Part shown: piece after piece, positions 18,722-29,667 of the stretch
Layout: every line of letters starts with the position of its first letter
How positions within the stretch are numbered: the first letter of the stretch is position 1
NCBI RefSeq assembly: GCF_000757865.1
Contig: NZ_CP007754.1
Location: 1,410,001 to 1,442,000 of the forward strand
Length of the DNA: 32,000 bases
Direction: 5' to 3'
Source: Prochlorococcus sp. MIT 0801
GTDB taxonomy: Bacteria > Cyanobacteriota > Cyanobacteriia > PCC-6307 > Cyanobiaceae
Position numbers and translations under genes: made by a program
The notes under the pieces: generated by a model
Told to the model about the DNA's origin: nothing
What the model saw: only the letters and a program-made list of their open reading frames with translations
The model's database searches: none

Positions 18722-18737
18722 TGTTTGGGTTATGGAA

Positions 18738-19475
18738 TTAATCTCTTCTTCCACCACCTTGAAGAGCAATGATCAGACGAAGAACGAAAACAAATAAGTT
18801 TATGTAAGTTAAGTACATACCTAATGCTCCAGCTAAATACTGCTCGTCGTTATATCTTCTTGGCATTGTGTAGAAATCTACAAAAGACATTGCAACAAAA
18901 AGAACAGTCCCAAAACCAGCAATCATCAATTCGAATCCACTGCCTCCAAACATTCCTGGAGCGAATAAACCTCCAACAAATTGGAAAACCATAGCGATAA
19001 TCAAACCAAGCAATCCAAGACCAACTGCACCTTGCAAAGCTTGGCCAACGTTATCACTCATTTTTCTGCCAACCGAAGAAGCAATTACGAAGGTAATTCC
19101 AGTAGCAAATACAGCAGTTCCTATCGCGCCCATTCCTGCAACTTGAATTGCTAAGCCAACAATCCCACTGAGAGTGAAGCCAGTAAGCAAGCTAAATCCA
19201 GTTAAGAGTGGAAGAGCTTTGGAGTTATTTGCGTTATTGGCAGCACTACTTGCCATAAAAAATAAAACTATTTCCGCAATAAATGCGACTATAAATAAAG
19301 GGCCGAATAAAGGATTGTTAGTTGCTTGTAAAGAAAGTCCACCTAAAACACCTAAACCTGTTAATGCCATTCCTCCGCCTACATAAGGCAAGGCTTTGTT
19401 TACTACATTTGGGCCAATAAGTGCACTAGATTGTGCTTCACGAATAGCTTGTTGAAAATTGCTGTTTGCTGGCAT
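18738..19475 (-). CDS. Bax-inhibitor-1/YccA-family integral membrane protein
   Basis: About seven hydrophobic helices, glycine-rich TM segments and a basic C-terminal tail (GGGRRD). Size (245 aa) and topology fit the BI-1/YccA family. Confidence 0.8.
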   Translation of the reverse strand: MPANSNFQQAIREAQSSALIGPNVVNKALPYVGGGMALTGLGVLGGLSLQATNNPLFGPLFIVAFIAEIVLFFMASSAANNANNSKALPLLTGFSLLTGFTLSGIVGLAIQVAGMGAIGTAVFATGITFVIASSVGRKMSDNVGQALQGAVGLGLLGLIIAMVFQFVGGLFAPGMFGGSGFELMIAGFGTVLFVAMSFVDFYTMPRRYNDEQYLAGALGMYLTYINLFVFVLRLIIALQGGGRRD

Positions 19476-19550
19476 AACGCACCAGGTAATTATTAATACC
19501 TATTCTGGCACAAAAAAAATAAGTCTTCATGAATGTGAATGCGGATCACC

Positions 19551-20528
19551 CTATCGTCTTTTTTTATCAAGTTCTGCATAAGCATCAACTACGCTTTGAA
19601 CAAGTGGATGTCTTACTACATCTGCTGAAGTAAGCCTACAAACTGAAATTCCATCAACCTTTTCGAGTAAGTCTGCAGCTTCAATAAGTCCACTCATTTG
19701 TCCATATGGCAAGTCAACTTGGGTTACATCGCCAGTTACTACCATCCTTGATCTCTCACCTAACCTAGTGAGAACCATCCTCATTTGCGCTGGTGTCGTA
19801 TTTTGAGCCTCATCAAGTATGACAAAAGATTCTTCCAAAGTCCTTCCTCTCATATAAGCCAGAGGAGCAACTTCAATTACGTTTTTTTCTATAAGTAAAT
19901 TAGTTTTTTCTTGTCCAAGTAAAGAGTGGAGAGAATCATATAAAGGTCTTAAATAAGGATCAACCTTTTGCTGTAAGTCCCCAGGTAAAAATCCTAATCT
20001 TTCACCAGCTTCAACTGCAGGTCTTGTCAAAATAATTTTCTCAATTTTTCTCTCAGTTAGCTTTCTCACAGCTAATAAAGTTGCCAAGAAAGTTTTTCCT
20101 GTTCCTGCTGGACCTAAAGCAAAAGTAAGATCACTTTTTTCCATAGCTTCTACATAAAATTTTTGTCTAATTGTTCTTGGTCTTAAAAGATTTCCTCTTT
20201 GACTTCTCGCTAAAACTTTATTTGTTGATTTGGCATGATCATTTTTTTTACCATTATCCAATGCTTTAGCGGCGGCATGTAAATCAACAGGCGAGACAAT
20301 TTGTCCTTCTTCCCAAATTGGTCTAACTAATTCAACAATTGCTGCAGCTCTCTCTAATTGGTTAGAATTTCCTTTTATTTCGAGTTGCAATCCTCTTAAA
20401 GCAAAAGCAGCGCCTGTAATGGTTTCTAATCTATGAAGTGTTGACTGACCAGATCCTGCTAAGGCAGTAGCAGCATCGGAATCAGGCAGATCTATACAAA
20501 AGCGACCTTCAGTGGTTGCTTCAGACAT
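19551..20528 (-). CDS. phoH: PhoH-like ATPase
   Basis: Walker A GPAGTGKT, Walker B-like ILDEAQN, then VVTGDVTQVDLP. An N-terminal KH-like extension is present. Confidence 0.93.
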   Translation of the reverse strand: MSEATTEGRFCIDLPDSDAATALAGSGQSTLHRLETITGAAFALRGLQLEIKGNSNQLERAAAIVELVRPIWEEGQIVSPVDLHAAAKALDNGKKNDHAKSTNKVLARSQRGNLLRPRTIRQKFYVEAMEKSDLTFALGPAGTGKTFLATLLAVRKLTERKIEKIILTRPAVEAGERLGFLPGDLQQKVDPYLRPLYDSLHSLLGQEKTNLLIEKNVIEVAPLAYMRGRTLEESFVILDEAQNTTPAQMRMVLTRLGERSRMVVTGDVTQVDLPYGQMSGLIEAADLLEKVDGISVCRLTSADVVRHPLVQSVVDAYAELDKKRR

Positions 20529-20565
20529 AAATTTTTTTGAAGTTATTGATACTCATCAAAACTTC

Positions 20566-20898
20566 TTATTCAGAAGTTTCGGATGCCGCTGCATCTTTTT
20601 TCTTTGCTGATCTTTCTTTTTCTTGTTTTTTCTTACCTAGGACTTCAGCTGGTCGGACTTTCTTTTCAAGGAGGCCTCCTTTTTCTAATAAAGTTCTTAC
20701 GGCATCAGTGGGTTGAGCACCTTGTCCTAGTCGAGTTCTCAAAGCCTCTGTATCTAATCTGGTTTCTTTGGTTCTTGGATTGTAAAAGCCTAGTTCTTGC
20801 AGTGGGCGACCATCTCGCCTTGAAGTGCTATTACAGGCAACTAGACGAAAACTGGTTTCACGCTTTTTACCAAACCGCTTAAGGCGGAGCTTGATCAT
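20566..20898 (-). CDS. rpsP: 30S ribosomal protein S16 with a Lys/Glu-rich C-terminal tail
   Basis: [21 protein letters not shown]...GFYNPRTKE is the classic S16 N-terminus. The protein is 110 aa, longer than the roughly 82-aa enterobacterial form. Confidence 0.95.
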   Translation of the reverse strand: MIKLRLKRFGKKRETSFRLVACNSTSRRDGRPLQELGFYNPRTKETRLDTEALRTRLGQGAQPTDAVRTLLEKGGLLEKKVRPAEVLGKKKQEKERSAKKKDAAASETSE

Positions 20899-20985
20899 CT
20901 TCGATTTATTTGTAAGTGGATTGAACTCAAAAGTTCTTCATATTGATAATACTCCACGAATGATTAATTTAGCCTTTTGATATCT

Positions 20986-22449
20986 CTAAAGATCACCAAA
21001 ACCTTTCTTTTTCTTAATTGGGCGCTGCCTTCGTGGCGCCAAACCGGGGCCTCCTTTTCCTTTTCTAGACTGATATGGATTAGCACCAGATGAAGGCATA
21101 CTAGGGAGTCCACCCATTCCAGGCAGACCTCCCTCCATACCAGGGAGGCCTCCTCCAGTAGACATTTGTTTCATCAAGCCTCGCATCCTTTGAAAATCCG
21201 CGAGAACCTTATCAACGTCTGCTGGCTTATGTCCACTCCCACTTGCAACTCTTCTACGTCTTGATGGTTGCGCTGCCAACAATTCAGGTTTTTTCCTTTC
21301 CTCTGCTGACATTGAACCAATCATTGCCTCGATTTTTTTAAGTTGATCTTCTCCACTTTTAATCATTCCATCATCAATTTTATTCATCCCAGGAATCATT
21401 TTCAGCAGCCCCCCTAACGAGCCCATTCGCTTTATCATCCTCATCTGTTTTACGAAATCTGAAAAATCAAAAGTTGCTTCTTGAAGCTTCTTTTGCATAA
21501 TTTCTGCATCAGCAATTTCAACTTCTTTCTGTGCTTTTTCGACAAGAGTTAATACATCGCCCATCCCTAAGATTCTGCTAGCCATCCTCTCGGGATAAAA
21601 AGGTTGCAATGCCTCAACCTTTTCTCCGGTACCTATAAATTTGATTGGTTTTCCACTGATTTTTCTAATAGAAAGAGCAGCTCCACCTCTCGAATCTCCA
21701 TCTAGCTTCGTAAGTACAGCGCCTGTTATTCCTACTTTTTCATGAAAACTTCTGGTAATGTCTGCGGCCTCTTGACCAATCATTGAATCAACTACCAACA
21801 AAACTTCATCTGGTTGAACGGCCTCTTTAATTCGAACCATCTCTCCCATCATGTCGGTATCAATTTGAAGCCGCCCAGCCGTATCAACAAGAACAGTGTC
21901 AAACCCTTCGTTTTTAGCTTTTTCTAAGCCTTTTTTAGCAATCTCCTCCGGCTTTAAATTAGAACTTAAATTAAAAACCTCTACATCAATTTGGTTTCCC
22001 AAAGTTACTAATTGATCAATAGCTGCTGGTCTGTAAGTATCGGCAGCCACAAGTAATGGCTTTTTATTTTTTTCTTTAAGAAGCAATCCAAGTTTAGCTG
22101 TAGCGGTTGTCTTTCCAGCCCCCTGAAGTCCAGCCATCAAAATGACCGTTGGTTGTTCCTCTGAATTTGCTAAGGGATCATTCTCTCCTCCCATAACATT
22201 CACAAGTTCTTCATGAACTACTTGAATGAATTTCTGACCAGGGTCTATACCTCTGACAACTTCTGTTCCAACGGCCTTTACTCTTACTTCATCGATAAAT
22301 TCTTTTACTACAGACAAGCTGACATCTGCATCTAACAAAGCTCGTCTGACCTGCTTAAGTGCTCCATCAACATTTTCCTCTGAAATTTTAGCTTCACCTT
22401 TAAATGCCTTTACAGCATCTTCAAATTGATTAGTAAGTTCCTCAAACAT
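20986..22449 (-). CDS. ffh: Signal recognition particle protein Ffh
   Basis: NG domain (GLQGAGKTT, DTAGR, TKLD). Met-rich M domain. Low-complexity GGLPGM-repeat and basic tail. Confidence 0.96.
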   Translation of the reverse strand: MFEELTNQFEDAVKAFKGEAKISEENVDGALKQVRRALLDADVSLSVVKEFIDEVRVKAVGTEVVRGIDPGQKFIQVVHEELVNVMGGENDPLANSEEQPTVILMAGLQGAGKTTATAKLGLLLKEKNKKPLLVAADTYRPAAIDQLVTLGNQIDVEVFNLSSNLKPEEIAKKGLEKAKNEGFDTVLVDTAGRLQIDTDMMGEMVRIKEAVQPDEVLLVVDSMIGQEAADITRSFHEKVGITGAVLTKLDGDSRGGAALSIRKISGKPIKFIGTGEKVEALQPFYPERMASRILGMGDVLTLVEKAQKEVEIADAEIMQKKLQEATFDFSDFVKQMRMIKRMGSLGGLLKMIPGMNKIDDGMIKSGEDQLKKIEAMIGSMSAEERKKPELLAAQPSRRRRVASGSGHKPADVDKVLADFQRMRGLMKQMSTGGGLPGMEGGLPGMGGLPSMPSSGANPYQSRKGKGGPGLAPRRQRPIKKKKGFGDL

Positions 22450-22487
22450 TTTCTTAGAGTTTCAGAAATAATTTAAAAAGTTATTTT

Positions 22488-24542
22488 TTAATTTCCACTA
22501 ATATAGTCAACTATTAGCCAGTTTTTTTTATTCTTACCTATTATATATTTAACTTTCAAAGAAGGAATAACCGTTTCAGATAAAATCTCACCAGAAGAAC
22601 TAATCCTTTTATCTTGATAGTTTAATTCAACATCTGCTGCAATTCTCCTATCAGATTTTTGAACAATATTGATTGAAGTTATATTTGCATCAATAATCTG
22701 TCTTTGTCCTAATAGTTTATCTTTCTTTCTCTGTTCAATAACTCTATTGAATAGAGAGGTTCTCGCAACAGAAGAAAGAAACTGACTTTCTGCGCCATTC
22801 AAAATTTCCGCTTTACCCTCCAACCATGCTTCAACAAGAGATTTAATTTCTTGATTTGAGGGGTCTACTGAAGTAAGAGGAATTAATTTATTGAAATCTA
22901 ATTTTTCTTTTTCATCTTCTATTTTACTTGATCTGTTATCTCTATTTTTAATATCTTCTGGTTTAGCGAACTCAGACTTTGAGATATTATTGAGATCATT
23001 ATTTTGAGATGGTTTTCTTTGAGTCAGGATTCCTAAGCTGATTCCAAAAATAAATAAACCAATAAATGCTAAAGAACTTGTATATATCGGTCGTTTTAAT
23101 ATGAAAGATTTGAAATCTGAGTTTTTTATCAATTCAAATGTTAAATAATATTTAGAAATTATCTTTTTAACCAAATCAGATCTCAAGAAAAATTCTTTAG
23201 TGATTAATCGTGATTTTAAAGACCTTTCTTTAATATTTTCATCTAACGCCCCACCTGGCATTGGCAAATCTGCCTGTTCCTCCAGGTTCCTTAATGAATT
23301 TTTCTCAATTTGTTGTTCAGGGGCCAATGACGATAAGAAGGAGAATCCAGCTTTTGCAATACCTAATGCCCCTTTCGCTTCCAACTGCTCTACATAAACT
23401 TGTACTTCTTGACTAGCGAACCAATCATCAAGATTTACAGTTTGTATCTCAACATCGCTAAAACCTACCAATACATCTTTTTTTAACCAATTTCTACAGT
23501 AGTCACATAGAGCTCCTAATGTCTCGTCAGGGTAATTATCTAACCAGTCTTTTAATTTTTCATCAGAACTGCTTCGAAAACGCGACTCTGCTTGCGTTAC
23601 ATCCCCTAACAAAAGATCTAGGCACCCAATTAATGGCATAGGGTCAAAGCCATGAATATTGATATTTCGAAGATATTTTCGAGCTTCTTGCAAGAGTTCT
23701 GGTTTCCGATAAGAAAAGCCAGACGCAATCAAGGCAAACGCAGCAAGAAAGCCAGCATCTTCTGACCCCCGTCGATACCAATTTACATAAATTTTTGACT
23801 GTTCTCTGGCAGTTAAAAATTTTCTGATTTGGAGGAAAAATAGCTCAAAATCATTTTGATTTAACCCTGCTATTTTCTCTGAATTTCTTTTTCCTTCGAG
23901 CCCTCCTCTTTTATTAACAAAGTCTTCCAACAACGTCAGGCCTTCCTGATGAGGTTGTTCATCTTCTTTGTCTCTACTTAATAAATCAAGAATTCTATAC
24001 GGAAGTAGAATCTCTAAATCAGATTCAAGGGTTTTCCTTTCTTCAACAAGTTTACCCATCCTCTGCAATAACTGTATGCCTTCCTGAAGCAAATCCGCCC
24101 CAGAAGCGTATCTTCTGCAAGCTTGCTCCTCAATAGAAGCGTCTCTACAAGCTAAAGCTGCTATCAATGTTAAATCTGACTCTCTACCACTTCCCAAGGC
24201 TGGGGCTTGTGGAGGTTGTAACGCTTTTTTTGCAAGCTTAAAAGCTTGCAAAGAAGAATTTGATTCCCACAAGAGAAGCAAACCAGCAACTTCCCTATTT
24301 GAAGATAATTCAAGTCCAGACGAACCCTCAATAAGAGCAAGTTCGTAAGATTGTCTTTCGGCAGGGTTGGATAAAAGATCAGCAGAAAGCCTTAGCAGCT
24401 CAGACCTCTGAGCTAAAACTTCAAAAGTAAAGCCTTGCTTGGGAGGACGATCTAGCCTTAGCTGAAAAGCCCTTAGGACTTCTTCAGCATTTGCAGAAGG
24501 GCTAACCCCCAATAAGCGAAAATGATCAATAGGTAATTCCAA
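22488..24542 (-). CDS. ftn2: Cell-division protein Ftn2/ZipN (ARC6-like) with a degenerate J-domain
   Basis: N-terminal J-like segment (IDHFRLLGVSPSANAEEVLRAF) lacks an HPD tripeptide. Long helical body, one central TM helix (SLAFIGLFIFGISLGIL) and a C-terminal domain. The TTG start is forced because an in-frame TAG lies two codons upstream. Confidence 0.78.
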   Translation of the reverse strand: MELPIDHFRLLGVSPSANAEEVLRAFQLRLDRPPKQGFTFEVLAQRSELLRLSADLLSNPAERQSYELALIEGSSGLELSSNREVAGLLLLWESNSSLQAFKLAKKALQPPQAPALGSGRESDLTLIAALACRDASIEEQACRRYASGADLLQEGIQLLQRMGKLVEERKTLESDLEILLPYRILDLLSRDKEDEQPHQEGLTLLEDFVNKRGGLEGKRNSEKIAGLNQNDFELFFLQIRKFLTAREQSKIYVNWYRRGSEDAGFLAAFALIASGFSYRKPELLQEARKYLRNINIHGFDPMPLIGCLDLLLGDVTQAESRFRSSSDEKLKDWLDNYPDETLGALCDYCRNWLKKDVLVGFSDVEIQTVNLDDWFASQEVQVYVEQLEAKGALGIAKAGFSFLSSLAPEQQIEKNSLRNLEEQADLPMPGGALDENIKERSLKSRLITKEFFLRSDLVKKIISKYYLTFELIKNSDFKSFILKRPIYTSSLAFIGLFIFGISLGILTQRKPSQNNDLNNISKSEFAKPEDIKNRDNRSSKIEDEKEKLDFNKLIPLTSVDPSNQEIKSLVEAWLEGKAEILNGAESQFLSSVARTSLFNRVIEQRKKDKLLGQRQIIDANITSINIVQKSDRRIAADVELNYQDKRISSSGEILSETVIPSLKVKYIIGKNKKNWLIVDYISGN

Positions 24543-24639
24543 TCGCTACTAGGTAATCAGAAAAAAAAGCTCTAGGCATCGTAAGGGGTTTTAACCATTT
24601 TGCATCCATTGACGCTTAAAGTCTAAAAAGGATTGATAA

Positions 24640-25734
24640 GTGAATATGAACGAAATCATGTCTCACAACCAGGACAAAACAGGCCAAGACCCTATTCAGC
24701 ACAGGGAACACGCCGATAGACTAAGCAATCTTGGCAACACCAAACCAGCTCTACTTAATAGAGAAATTGGTTTAAATCTTTTCAAAGATATGACTTTGGG
24801 AAGACGATTTGAGGATAAATGCGCTGAAATGTATTACAGAGGAAAGATGTTTGGGTTTGTTCATCTTTACAACGGGCAAGAAGCAATAAGTACAGGTGTT
24901 ATTGGGGCGATGCAACGCAAACATGACTGGTTTTGCAGTACCTATAGAGATCATGTTCATGCCTTGAGTGCTGGAGTGCCTGCGAAAGAGGTTATGAGCG
25001 AGCTATTTGGTAAAGAGACAGGCTGCAGTAAAGGCAGAGGTGGATCTATGCATCTGTTTTCTAAAGAACATCATTTACTTGGAGGTTATGCATTTATTGG
25101 TGAAGGTATTCCAGTTGCCCTTGGTGCAGCTTTCAGCAGTAAATACAAAAGAGAGGCCCTTAAACAAAATAGTGATTCTGTAACTGCAGCATTTTTTGGG
25201 GATGGTACTTGCAACATTGGTCAGTTTTATGAATGTTTAAATATGGCCCAGTTATGGAAATTACCGATCATATTTGTAGTCGAAAATAATAAATGGGCAA
25301 TTGGAATGGCCCATGACAGAGCAACTAGTGAGACTGAAATATGGCGAAAAGCTTCAGCATTTGGCATGCCAGGAGAGGAGATTGACGGCATGGACGTTTT
25401 AGCAGTAAGAGGTGCTGCCGAGAGGGCTCTAGAAAGGGCAAGGGCTGGAGAGGGGCCAACTCTCATAGAATGTCTCACTTACAGATTCAGAGGCCATTCA
25501 TTGGCCGACCCGGACGAGCTTAGATCTGAAAAAGAGAAGGAATTCTGGGCTAAAAGAGATCCAATTAAAAAGCTAAAAAATGATTTAACTAGTTCTGGAT
25601 TAATCTCTGATGAAGAATTAAAGAATATTGAGAAAGAAATTGATCTAGAAGTTAACGATGCTGTTGAATTTGCTTTAAATGCCCCAGAGCCTGAGCCTAG
25701 TGAGTTGACGAAATATATCTGGGCAGATAACTAA
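24640..25734 (+). CDS. pdhA: Pyruvate dehydrogenase E1 component alpha subunit
   Basis: TPP-binding region [34 protein letters not shown], then [12 protein letters not shown]. The start may be GTG 24640 or ATG 24646. Confidence 0.93.
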   Translation: MNMNEIMSHNQDKTGQDPIQHREHADRLSNLGNTKPALLNREIGLNLFKDMTLGRRFEDKCAEMYYRGKMFGFVHLYNGQEAISTGVIGAMQRKHDWFCSTYRDHVHALSAGVPAKEVMSELFGKETGCSKGRGGSMHLFSKEHHLLGGYAFIGEGIPVALGAAFSSKYKREALKQNSDSVTAAFFGDGTCNIGQFYECLNMAQLWKLPIIFVVENNKWAIGMAHDRATSETEIWRKASAFGMPGEEIDGMDVLAVRGAAERALERARAGEGPTLIECLTYRFRGHSLADPDELRSEKEKEFWAKRDPIKKLKNDLTSSGLISDEELKNIEKEIDLEVNDAVEFALNAPEPEPSELTKYIWADN

Positions 25735-25748
25735 AATCAGATAATAGA

Positions 25749-26741
25749 TCAAATTCCACTTGGAAGCTTCCTCGTGAGATTTCTCAATTTCCTCAAAGCT
25801 TTTAGCTCAACTTGTCTGACCCTCTCGCGTGATACCTGTAATAATCTGCCTATCTCAGCAAGAGTATGTCTTTCATTACCTTCTAGGCCAAACCTTAGCC
25901 TAATAACGTGTTGTTCTTGTTCGCTTAGATGACTTAGCCACCTTCCAAGTTGCTCTTGATGAATTTTTTGTTCAACCTTATCAAGCGGCTCTTCTCCGGA
26001 ACCATCAGCTATTAAGTCTCCTAAAAAGCTACGACCTTCATCTCCATTAACGGGTGCATCAAGACTGCTTGTAGTAAGAGCTTGTCTCAAAATCGAATCA
26101 AGTTCTTCCAACTCTATTTCCATTGCCTCAGCTATTTCAATACGACTAGGCATTGCACCGAGCTTATGAGCCAAATCTAAGCTGACTTTTCTTATGGTTG
26201 CTAATCTCTCGCTTAAGTGAACAGGTAATCGAATTGTTCTTGACTGACAAGCAATAGCTCTAGTCATGCTTTGCCTTATCCACCAAAAGGCATAAGTAGA
26301 AAACTTGTATCCACGAGTAGGATCAAACTTTTCTACAGCTCTTTCTAGTCCAAGAGAACCTTCCTGAACTAAATCTAAAAGTTCAAGACCTTTTCCCTGA
26401 TATTTCTTTGCAACGCTTACAACTAATCGAAGATTGGCCTTCATCATTCTTTCCTTTGCCCTTCTTCCAATTCGAATCAATCTTCTTTGATGAGAATTAA
26501 ATTTTTTGCTCTGCTCTTTAATCTGGCCATCCTCGGTAAGACTCATCAACGTTTGAACCTGATTACCAAGTTCAATTTCCTCCGCAGGAGTTAAGAGAGG
26601 AACTCTTCCAATAGAGGAAAGATACCAACTAATTGGATCACTGCTGCGTCGTTTCTGAGATTCAGCAGGCTTGGGTGCAGTTGAAACCATTGTTTCTTGG
26701 CCCCGTACTTCAAAGTGATAAGACTTTCCTACAGAAATCAT
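25749..26741 (-). CDS. Sigma-70 family RNA polymerase sigma factor (group-2-like)
   Basis: Region 2 (FSTYAFWWIRQSMTRAI), region 3, and region 4.2 HTH (TLAEIGRLLQVSRERVRQVELKALRKLR). An alternative ATG at 26690 (MVSTAPK...) is possible. Confidence 0.9.
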   Translation of the reverse strand: MISVGKSYHFEVRGQETMVSTAPKPAESQKRRSSDPISWYLSSIGRVPLLTPAEEIELGNQVQTLMSLTEDGQIKEQSKKFNSHQRRLIRIGRRAKERMMKANLRLVVSVAKKYQGKGLELLDLVQEGSLGLERAVEKFDPTRGYKFSTYAFWWIRQSMTRAIACQSRTIRLPVHLSERLATIRKVSLDLAHKLGAMPSRIEIAEAMEIELEELDSILRQALTTSSLDAPVNGDEGRSFLGDLIADGSGEEPLDKVEQKIHQEQLGRWLSHLSEQEQHVIRLRFGLEGNERHTLAEIGRLLQVSRERVRQVELKALRKLRNLTRKLPSGI

Positions 26742-26848
26742 AAAAGATGCCTGGGTTTCATGAAGGCTTCAGATTCTGTTGACGATTAGTTAACAAATGA
26801 CACCAAACCCACCATCTAAGGCCCTTTAAATGGTTGTTTCAAAACATT

Positions 26849-28363
26849 TCAAGAGCTTTCCTTTTTTATTACTTCACCAAGAAAAGTGCAAATAGCGCTC
26901 GCTGTGCTCCCTTTTATGCAAAAAGCCCCTGCATATGCATGAATCAAGGCTGACGCAGCAAGCAAACTTGTGTCCAGTTTTTTATCACTTGCGAGTCCTG
27001 CAGCACCAATCCCTGAAACAAACCCAGCCAAAACATCTCCAAGGCCAGTTCTTGCAACACTTGAATTCACTTGCCCTATTTGCCAGGTTTTCCCTTCTGG
27101 ATCAGAAATAACACTATGAGCACATTTCAATAAAACAGAAGAACTGCAAATTTTTGCAGCTTCAATTCCAGCCTTCAATGGGTTGGAACAATCAATTAGA
27201 GGAAAAAGCCTCTTAAATTCTTCAAGATGAGGAGTAAGCCAAGTAGGTCCTTTTCTATCGTTTAGCCATTCCCAACCTTTCGAAGTTATCGACAGCCTAT
27301 TGATTGCATCAGCATCAAGAACAAGTAGGCCTTTGAAATCCTGCAAGTCAGAGCCAAAACAATCTTTTTCTTCTTTATTTCCTAATCCAGGTCCAAGCAA
27401 AATCGAATCAAACCTATTTAAATCAACTTCATTGAAAACATTTGAAAAATCTGAAGAACCGTCCTGAAAAGTATTTAGATTTCCAAGTAACAAGACTTCA
27501 GGGTGAGTAGTCCAAAGAGCAGATGAAATGGAATCAGGCAGAAAAGCGCTAACACTGCCTACCCCACTTGCCAAAGCTCCATTCAAAGCAAGGGATGCTG
27601 CTCCCCTGTATTTATCACTTCCAGCAATCACCAGGACTCTTCCTCTCTGGTATTTACTTTTACTTTTACTTGGCATGGGCCAAACAAAAGTAGATAAATC
27701 TGAAAAAGAAATCCTTAGAGGCTGGGTTTCAGGAAAACTAGTTAAGATCTTAGCCGGAATTCCGATATCAACTCTTTCTAAATTACCTACATAATCAATA
27801 GCTGAATCTTGTATTAATCCCGACTTAAATAAACCCAAAGTTAATGCAGTACTAGCTTTGCATGATGTATTTGATACTATATTTCCGTTGTCTGAGTCTA
27901 ATCCTGCTGGGACATCAATACTAATTAACTTATCAGGACTAAATGTTTTCTTCGAATTCAATAGGCGAAGTATTTCATCAGAAATAATTCTTGATTGTCC
28001 TAATCCAAATAAAGCCTCAATCCATAATAAATCAGAATTTGAATCGGGTTTACGCTCCAAGTTTTTAATCCCAATCTGCATTGCATAATCAAAATGTTTT
28101 TGTGTTAATTCTTTTTTCAATGGAAATGGACACCAAATAGAGATATCAACGCCTGCCATATAAAGTTCTCTCGCAACAACAAGTCCATCGCCTCCATTGT
28201 GACCGGGCCCTACCAAAACAATTGCACCATTTTCAATCAACCCTTGTCTGTCTAATATCCATGAAGAAATACCAATCCCCACTTTTTCCATCAGAGCTTC
28301 AACAGGCATACCCATAGAAAACATTTCTTTTTCTATGTTTTGCATCTGCTCTGAAGAAACCAT
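26849..28363 (-). CDS. nnr: Bifunctional NAD(P)H-hydrate repair enzyme (epimerase + ADP-dependent dehydratase)
   Basis: YjeF-N motif GPGHNGGDG and a C-terminal carbohydrate-kinase-like GLGDVLAG. The track ORF extends to 28537 and overlaps divergent mnmA. The ATG at 28363 ([11 protein letters not shown]) fits the family's N-terminus. Confidence 0.85.
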   Translation of the reverse strand: MVSSEQMQNIEKEMFSMGMPVEALMEKVGIGISSWILDRQGLIENGAIVLVGPGHNGGDGLVVARELYMAGVDISIWCPFPLKKELTQKHFDYAMQIGIKNLERKPDSNSDLLWIEALFGLGQSRIISDEILRLLNSKKTFSPDKLISIDVPAGLDSDNGNIVSNTSCKASTALTLGLFKSGLIQDSAIDYVGNLERVDIGIPAKILTSFPETQPLRISFSDLSTFVWPMPSKSKSKYQRGRVLVIAGSDKYRGAASLALNGALASGVGSVSAFLPDSISSALWTTHPEVLLLGNLNTFQDGSSDFSNVFNEVDLNRFDSILLGPGLGNKEEKDCFGSDLQDFKGLLVLDADAINRLSITSKGWEWLNDRKGPTWLTPHLEEFKRLFPLIDCSNPLKAGIEAAKICSSSVLLKCAHSVISDPEGKTWQIGQVNSSVARTGLGDVLAGFVSGIGAAGLASDKKLDTSLLAASALIHAYAGAFCIKGSTASAICTFLGEVIKKESS

Positions 28364-28440
28364 CAAATGTTCCGAATCAGATTGAGGCCAATTCAAAATC
28401 AAAAAGCGACCAAACCCACTATGAACAGAAGCTACTATTA

Positions 28441-29655
28441 ATGCCCATGAATGTGGAAACAAGAGAAACAAAAAAAGTTTTAAATCATATGCCTTCAGAA
28501 GAAACAGTCGAGAAAACATTAAAAAGGCTGCAAACACTTTCTGGGAATCATTCAGTTGTAGTGGGGCTTTCCGGAGGGGTAGATAGCTCCTTAACGGCTG
28601 CTCTACTCTGTGAAGCTGGATGGGATGTACAGGGATTAACTTTGTGGCTAATGAAAGGAAAAGGTTCTTGCTGCTCTGATGGTTTAGTTGATGCTGCAGG
28701 GATATGTGATCAACTTGGAATCAAGCATCACATAGTTGATTCAAAAGAAATCTTTCAAAAAGAAATTATCAATAATGTCTTAAAAGGATATGAGGAAGGA
28801 ATTACCCCTTTGCCCTGCTCGCGCTGCAACAAATCAGTCAAGTTTTCAGAAATGCTCAAATGGGTAAAAGAAAATAAAAATATCGAAAAGATCGCAACCG
28901 GGCATTACGCAAGGATTAGATACTCAAACGAATCTTTCAATGAGAATGATCTTCCGAGTGATGGAATTAAAAGACATAAGCTTTTAAGAGGTAAAGATCT
29001 CAACAAAGATCAAAGCTATTTTTTATATGATCTCCCTCAAGAAATTTTAGGAAAAACAATTTTCCCACTTGGAGAATTAACTAAAGAGATAACACGAATC
29101 GAAGCTTTTAAACATTCATTAAAAACTGCCGAAAAGCCAGAAAGCCAAGACCTTTGTCTTGCTGAACATTACGGATCAATGAATGCATTTATTGATAAGT
29201 ATTTACCTCAAAATAAAGGAGATGTTGTACTTAAAAATGGTCAAATTATAGGCTCCCATAATGGAATTCAGCATTTCACAATAGGACAACGAAAGGGATT
29301 AGGTATTGCTTGGGAAGTGCCTTTACATGTTGTTGAAATTGATGCCTCTTTAAACAGAGTAATTGTTGCCCCAAGAGAAGATTCTGGCAAGTCAGAATGT
29401 ACTGTAAAAGATCTAAATTGGGTATCAATTGAAGCACCTCAAGATCCAATTGAAGTTGAGGTACAAATTAGATATAGAAGTAAAGCAGTGAAAGCAAAGT
29501 TAATACCAATTTTTGATAGTACTAAAGAAAATTATTGCAAGAAATGTCACATTCATTTTGAAGAAGATCAATTTTCAATTACTCCCGGGCAAGCAGCAGT
29601 ATTTTACATGGGTGATTATGTATTAGGAGGGGGACTTATTACAAAAGAGTATTAA
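28441..29655 (+). CDS. mnmA: tRNA-specific 2-thiouridylase MnmA
   Basis: PP-loop GLSGGVDSS, catalytic Cys regions (PCSRCN; QDLCL) and KDQSYFL. The exact start is uncertain (28441, 28447 or 28489). Confidence 0.92.
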   Translation: MPMNVETRETKKVLNHMPSEETVEKTLKRLQTLSGNHSVVVGLSGGVDSSLTAALLCEAGWDVQGLTLWLMKGKGSCCSDGLVDAAGICDQLGIKHHIVDSKEIFQKEIINNVLKGYEEGITPLPCSRCNKSVKFSEMLKWVKENKNIEKIATGHYARIRYSNESFNENDLPSDGIKRHKLLRGKDLNKDQSYFLYDLPQEILGKTIFPLGELTKEITRIEAFKHSLKTAEKPESQDLCLAEHYGSMNAFIDKYLPQNKGDVVLKNGQIIGSHNGIQHFTIGQRKGLGIAWEVPLHVVEIDASLNRVIVAPREDSGKSECTVKDLNWVSIEAPQDPIEVEVQIRYRSKAVKAKLIPIFDSTKENYCKKCHIHFEEDQFSITPGQAAVFYMGDYVLGGGLITKEY

Positions 29656-29667
29656 TATCAACCATAC

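Noticed and set aside
20989-21162. Repetitive GGLPGM/GGLPSM segment and the corresponding DNA repeats at the 3' end of ffh.
   Set aside because: This is a low-complexity Gly/Met/Pro tail at the end of the SRP54 M domain followed by a basic tail. It is a short in-frame tandem repeat within a clearly intact gene, not an independent element.
28364-28537. A 58-residue hydrophobic N-terminal extension of nnr in the track ORF ([17 protein letters not shown]...).
   Set aside because: It overlaps the 5' end of divergent mnmA. The YjeF-N domain begins right after the internal ATG at 28363, so the extension is most likely untranslated sequence.
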